Below, piece by piece: positions 59,278-64,000 of a DNA stretch of 64,000 nt. Position 1 is the first letter of the stretch; every line of letters begins with the position of its first letter. The DNA is taken from contig JAKFBS010000001.1 in assembly GCA_036677065.1 (NCBI GenBank), positions 32,001 to 96,000 on the forward strand. The letters run 5' to 3'. Below the pieces are notes generated by a model, which was given only the letters and a program-made list of their open reading frames with translations, was not told where the DNA came from and did not search any database. The stretch comes from Bdellovibrio sp. (lineage in GTDB: Bacteria; Bdellovibrionota; Bdellovibrionia; Bdellovibrionales; Bdellovibrionaceae). The position numbers were made by a program, and so were the translations under genes.

Positions 59278-60474
59278 ATGTCTGTGAATATTCACGATAA
59301 AAAAAAGATTGCCCTGGTTCTTAGCGGCGGCGGAATAAAAGCTGCGGCATTTCATATTGGCGTCTGTCTAGCGCTCAAAGAAAAGGGATTTGCCTTTGAG
59401 GGCGGCACTAAAGAGTCGGTGCAAATTCGAAATACCAAGGGGCCAAAGATTCAAACCTATGTTGGATCAAGCGCTGGGGCTTTTGTGAGTTCGGTTTTAG
59501 CCTCTGGCAGGTCAATCGAGTCGTTAATTACGGCCTTTCAAGTCGGCGCCGGCGATTCACCGTTTTACTCTTTGCCTGAAGATGAAGTTATTAAACCTAT
59601 CGGTTACCGCCATATGTTTAATATTAATAGCGCCCGTTTACTTAGTTTTTTACCCGAAGCTCTTTTTAAAAAATCGATCTTAACCGGTGGTTTAGAGGTC
59701 TTTTTAAAAGAAGGCTTTAAATTAAACGGACTATTTAACACCAACGGTATTGAACGCTATTTACGTAAATATGTTTTAGATGAAAATGAGTTCTCACGCC
59801 TGGGGGTTGAACTTTACATTGTTGCAACTCAGCTGAATCATTCACGCAAAGTCGTTTTTGGTAACTACTTAGAAAACAGAAAAGATTCTGAGGCTTTATA
59901 TATCGGCTCGTCTAAAGTTTCTGAGGCCGTGGCCGCATCGACGGCCCTACCGCCAGTATTTGCTCCCTATCCGATCACCTTACCTGATTATAAAAAAGAG
60001 ATTTACCTGTACGATGGTGAAATTCGTGACACTTTAAGCACTCACGTAGCCGCCGATCACGGAGCTGACCTAATTATTGCCTCGTATTCGATGCAGCCGT
60101 ATCACTACGCCGAAGAAATGGGTTCATTACACAAGTATGGGATTCCCGCGATTGTGAACCAGGCGTTATACCAAGTGCTTGAACAAAAAGTTGCTCGTGG
60201 TATTCAGTATCAGAATCAAAAAAAGAATCTTTACGGCGAACTAAAAAAAATCTGCGTGAGCGAAGGTTTATCGTCTGCGATCACTAAAAAAATATTAGCT
60301 GCCGTTGAAAAAACAACCAGTTTTCAGCCAGAAGTAGACTACGTCTACATCAAACCCCGCCCGCAAGATTACGAAATGTTTTTTGCCGATCATTTCTCAC
60401 TAAACCCAGCAATTTTAGAGAAGATTCTCTGGATTGGTTTTAAATCGGGATTAAGCACTTTACGTCATCTGTAA
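59278..60474 (+). CDS. Patatin-like phospholipase
   Basis: LSGGGIKA oxyanion loop, GSSAG nucleophile, DGE catalytic Asp. Confidence 0.88.
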   Translation: MSVNIHDKKKIALVLSGGGIKAAAFHIGVCLALKEKGFAFEGGTKESVQIRNTKGPKIQTYVGSSAGAFVSSVLASGRSIESLITAFQVGAGDSPFYSLPEDEVIKPIGYRHMFNINSARLLSFLPEALFKKSILTGGLEVFLKEGFKLNGLFNTNGIERYLRKYVLDENEFSRLGVELYIVATQLNHSRKVVFGNYLENRKDSEALYIGSSKVSEAVAASTALPPVFAPYPITLPDYKKEIYLYDGEIRDTLSTHVAADHGADLIIASYSMQPYHYAEEMGSLHKYGIPAIVNQALYQVLEQKVARGIQYQNQKKNLYGELKKICVSEGLSSAITKKILAAVEKTTSFQPEVDYVYIKPRPQDYEMFFADHFSLNPAILEKILWIGFKSGLSTLRHL

Positions 60475-60584
60475 ATAGTCTGATCGGTCAAAGCTTCTAA
60501 AACTTAGCTCTGTTTGGAGCCAATATCGCAATATAAACCTCTTAAGAAATTGTCGCGTGTCTGCGACACGACTTGGGAGTTTAT

Positions 60585-61739
60585 ATGAAAAATTTCACTC
60601 TGTTTTTTGTCTCATTTTGGATCGGTCTTTCGGCCTATGCAGATTGCGATAGTTTTCTTCAATTACCCCAAGAAGATGCGCGCAAAGCCAGCCTTTATAA
60701 GCGCGATTGCGATATTCAAGATCGCTATCAAAAATTACAAACTTATTTTAGTTCTGAGGGCATCAATGTCGCAGAACTTGCAGAATATCGCCTATTACGT
60801 TTTGTCGACCGTAATAGTTATGAATCAGCTAAAAAAACTGCAATGCCGCCATCACAAATTTATAAACCGGCACCAACCACATGGGAAGTCTGGGATTCTG
60901 GGATCAGAGCCCTTTTTGCTGATGATACTCAGGTAGTCGCACTTCTTTTAAGATCGGGTGGTTTTAATTCTTCAGAAAAGGGTTATGAAAATTTAAATTT
61001 TACGATGATCAATGGCGCTTTATTAAAAAATGAAAATGGCGATATCAGCCGCGATTATTTATCTGGAATCAGACGTCGCGAATCAAAACCTGGAACCTAT
61101 CGCCAAGCCGGCGATGCACAAGTTGGTTGGACCGCGGCGATTCCTGACTGCAAAGATAAAGTAACTTGCGCGCAAAATTCTATGTTTAAAGCCCAACAAA
61201 ATTGGGAAGTCGAATACGGAATGAATTTTAATGAGGTTGTCAGAGAATGGAATGGCCAAAAGCCAAATGCTGCAACTCTTACCGTGCCGATGACTGTTAC
61301 GCCCGCCGCAGATGCAGGAAAATTTTACGTGGTTTACGCGCCAAGCGATCTCGTACCAGCACAAATTTCTTGGTTAGATATTTTTGTTAAAGCTACCCTT
61401 GCACGTTACCGTGCGAATCAACCACTTATGCCGCCGATTGAATTTTCTGCACTCGTGCAAAAGTGGTTGGTTACAATTCACCCATTTTCAGATGGCAATG
61501 GCAGAACTTCACGCGCAGTGCAGGATTTTATCTTAGGCACATTTAAAATGCCTTATGCACCAGGTGGTGATTTACAAAACGACACTTTAGAAGACTTCGA
61601 TAAATACGTAGATCTTACTTATGATCGTATGGAAAATATGGTTTTAAAACTTGAAGCTTGTGCAGAAGAGTACCGCCAAAAACAAAAACCGTCCTACGGA
61701 TGTAGAACGGTTAAAAGTATGGAAACTATAACTAACTAA
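60585..61739 (+). CDS. Fic domain protein with Sec signal peptide
   Basis: MKNF...AYA signal peptide; canonical HPFSDGNGRTSR; GGGAG SD before ATG 60585. Confidence 0.85.
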   Translation: MKNFTLFFVSFWIGLSAYADCDSFLQLPQEDARKASLYKRDCDIQDRYQKLQTYFSSEGINVAELAEYRLLRFVDRNSYESAKKTAMPPSQIYKPAPTTWEVWDSGIRALFADDTQVVALLLRSGGFNSSEKGYENLNFTMINGALLKNENGDISRDYLSGIRRRESKPGTYRQAGDAQVGWTAAIPDCKDKVTCAQNSMFKAQQNWEVEYGMNFNEVVREWNGQKPNAATLTVPMTVTPAADAGKFYVVYAPSDLVPAQISWLDIFVKATLARYRANQPLMPPIEFSALVQKWLVTIHPFSDGNGRTSRAVQDFILGTFKMPYAPGGDLQNDTLEDFDKYVDLTYDRMENMVLKLEACAEEYRQKQKPSYGCRTVKSMETITN

Positions 61740-61742
61740 AAA

Positions 61743-63203
61743 CTAACCTAAGCTTTTTTCAACAAGGTCAAACAATGGGCCCGAAAATAAGCCGATCGCG
61801 ATAATTAAAAATGCACACACAAACACAAGAACTGTTGTTGCATGTAAAGAGTGGTCGGCAACATCTGCATCGCCGTCTTTCATGTACATAACAACGATTG
61901 GGCGTAAGTAGTAATAAACGCTGATCACAGAGTTAATTACACCCCATAAAGCTAACCACACTAAACCTTCGTTTACAGCAGCGCTAAATAAATAGAACTT
62001 ACCAAAAAATCCTAATGTCGGTGGCAGACCTGCAAGCGATAACATAAATATTGTTAAACACATAGCTAAGGCTGGTTGTTTTTTTGCAAAACCTGCTAAG
62101 TCATCTATGCCGATAACAGAGTTTTCAGAGCGTTCAACAAGGCTTACGATCGCAAAAGCACCCATCGTCATAATGCTATAAGCAAATAAATAGAACATTA
62201 CACTTGATGCGCTATAAGCTGAATTCTGACTGATACCCGCCGTGATTAGACCAACTAAGATATAACCAGAATGAGCTACTGAAGAATAAGCTAAAGTGCG
62301 TTTCAAATTATTTTGCATAATCGCCGCTACGTTACCTACCGTCATGGTAATTACGGCTAGCCATTGCATAACATCAAATAAATTTTGCGAACCTACTAAT
62401 GGTTGTGTCGCGATTATACGTAAAAAAGCCGCAAACGAAACAGCTTTTACTGCGGTCGCCATAAAAGAAGTTACTGGCGTTGGAGCACCTTGATAAACAT
62501 CTGGAGCCCAGGCATGAAACGGAGCAATTGAAACTTTAAAACAAAATCCCAAGATCACAAAGACGATACCAAATAAGAATAATTTATTTGTTTTAACTAG
62601 TGTCGCGGCACTTTGCATGAAATCAGTAATATTTACTGACCCAGAACTTCCGAACACGAAAGATACTCCATATAAGAAAATCGCCGATGCAAAAGACCCT
62701 AATACGAAATACTTAATCGCAGCTTCTTTTGAGATTTTTTGTTCGTGCGACATCGCAATCATCAAGTATAGGGCTAACGACATTAGCTCTAGACCGATAA
62801 ACACCGTGATCAGATTCACGGCCGCAACTAAGATAATCATTCCAAGCACAGAATTAAGTGCTAAGAAAATTAATTCAGAAAACTGTTTACCGCGTGTTGA
62901 TGGATTTTCGTACATCATGATAAGGCCGCCGGCCGAAGCCACGATCGCAAGTAATGCTGACCACTGAGTTAAGCCATCAAATAATAATTGATTATTAAAT
63001 GCCGTTTTATCAGAACCACCAAATACTAATAATAAACCCGCTGTTAAACCCAGGCCGATTAAAGCAATAACGATTGTAGCTGCTGGATTTTGCTCTTTAT
63101 TGCCACGTAAAACTTTAATCGCTAGCGGGATTAAGCTGAACAAAAACAAAACGATCAACGGAGAGGCTAATAAAACATCTGTAAGACCAACTGTAATATT
63201 CAT
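61743..63203 (-). CDS. nuoN: NADH-quinone oxidoreductase subunit N
   Basis: EAAIKYF, FKVSIAPFHAWAPDVYQGAP, KRTLAYSS, GLPP..GFFGK, YYYLR. Confidence 0.95.
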   Translation of the reverse strand: MNITVGLTDVLLASPLIVLFLFSLIPLAIKVLRGNKEQNPAATIVIALIGLGLTAGLLLVFGGSDKTAFNNQLLFDGLTQWSALLAIVASAGGLIMMYENPSTRGKQFSELIFLALNSVLGMIILVAAVNLITVFIGLELMSLALYLMIAMSHEQKISKEAAIKYFVLGSFASAIFLYGVSFVFGSSGSVNITDFMQSAATLVKTNKLFLFGIVFVILGFCFKVSIAPFHAWAPDVYQGAPTPVTSFMATAVKAVSFAAFLRIIATQPLVGSQNLFDVMQWLAVITMTVGNVAAIMQNNLKRTLAYSSVAHSGYILVGLITAGISQNSAYSASSVMFYLFAYSIMTMGAFAIVSLVERSENSVIGIDDLAGFAKKQPALAMCLTIFMLSLAGLPPTLGFFGKFYLFSAAVNEGLVWLALWGVINSVISVYYYLRPIVVMYMKDGDADVADHSLHATTVLVFVCAFLIIAIGLFSGPLFDLVEKSLG

Positions 63204-63205
63204 AA

Positions 63206-64000
63206 CTATTTCACCTCAAGAGTGTAGTTGTGTTTGTTAGAGATTAAATGATCCACGCTCTTTTTTGAATAATCCATAAAGTGATTCGGAAAGATCCCCA
63301 TCCAAAAAATTAAAATAATCAGCGGAGTCATCACAACCCATTCACGTACACTTAAATCATGTAATGCATGTTCTTTATCTTCTTCGGCGTGGGTTACGAT
63401 TTCACCTTTTGGCCCGAAGAATACACGTTTAACCATCCATAACATGTACGCCGCACCCAAGATCACGCCCGTTACAGAAATACCTGCAGCCAGCGGTGAA
63501 TATTGGTACGTACCCATTAAGATTAAAAATTCACCGATGAAACCATTCGTTAACGGAACCGCGATTGAAGACATCGTGACGATCACAAACATAATTGTGA
63601 AAATCGGAAGTGCGCTGGCTAAACCGCCGTATTTAACGATCATACGAGAATGTGTGCGCTCATAAATCATACCGATTAACAAGAATAGTGCGCCTGTAGA
63701 AATACCGTGATTTAGCATTTGGTATAAAGCACCGTTTACACCGTATTGATTCATCACGAAGATTCCTAAGATCACATAACCCATGTGCGATACTGAAGAA
63801 TACGCCACAAGTTTTTTCACATCAGGTTGTACCATCGCAACAAGAGCGCCGTATACGATACCGATCACACCAAGAGCTACGAAAAACCAGGCATAGTATT
63901 CTGCCGCCTCAGGAAACAGCGGAATCACCCAGCGCAAGTAACAGAATGTACCCATTTTTAACATCACACCCGCAAGAACCACCGAACCAGGAGTTGGCGC
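63206..64000 (-). CDS. nuoM: NADH-quinone oxidoreductase subunit M (5' end beyond window)
   Basis: APTPGSVVLAGVMLKMG, KKLVAYSSVSHMG, HG, GFIGEF; frame stays open to the window end. Confidence 0.95.
   Translation of the reverse strand, partial: APTPGSVVLAGVMLKMGTFCYLRWVIPLFPEAAEYYAWFFVALGVIGIVYGALVAMVQPDVKKLVAYSSVSHMGYVILGIFVMNQYGVNGALYQMLNHGISTGALFLLIGMIYERTHSRMIVKYGGLASALPIFTIMFVIVTMSSIAVPLTNGFIGEFLILMGTYQYSPLAAGISVTGVILGAAYMLWMVKRVFFGPKGEIVTHAEEDKEHALHDLSVREWVVMTPLIILIFWMGIFPNHFMDYSKKSVDHLISNKHNYTLEVK

Noticed and set aside
121..63665. Many 60-150 aa ORFs nested in or antisense to confident genes (e.g. 9751..10200, 35296..35661, 53259..53642, 62617..62967)
   Set aside because: Shadow ORFs with no motifs or translation signals
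1..64000. tRNA, rRNA, CRISPR arrays, transposases, integrases, prophage genes
   Set aside because: No cloverleaf, regularly spaced repeats or recombinase motifs seen; intergenic gaps are short. tRNAscan-SE and Infernal would be needed to exclude small RNAs

Overview
Compact, AT-rich bacterial chromosome segment (GC roughly 40% by eye, not computed). Gene content and order (pilF/tgl-rodZ, rimO-lolA-comF-rlmH-nadD/rsfS-obgE-rpmA-rplU, rng, pilT-deoC-pdp-punA, subtilase, acyl-CoA carboxylase, tatBC, cpaF, hemW-grpE-dnaJ, two dksA, lon, nuoNM) fit a predatory Bdellovibrionota bacterium; this is inference from protein families. About 58 CDS are supported. I found no tRNA, rRNA, CRISPR array or mobile element. 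The most notable items are: (1) a candidate trans-envelope lipid transport cluster (OM beta-barrel, long secreted beta-rich protein, and an MMPL transporter fused to a LolA-like domain that retains a signal-peptide-like linker and appears to lack the usual proton-relay aspartates); (2) a porin-imelysin-di-heme-cupredoxin-FTR1 iron uptake operon; (3) tandem Zn-free and Zn-finger DksA paralogues, with an SD-sequestering leader and a downstream chain of hairpins including CsrA-type GGA loops; (4) several sigma28-like and sigma54-like promoters; (5) secreted PLA2-like and Fic proteins as candidate predation effectors. All calls come from motif recognition; no database searches were run.
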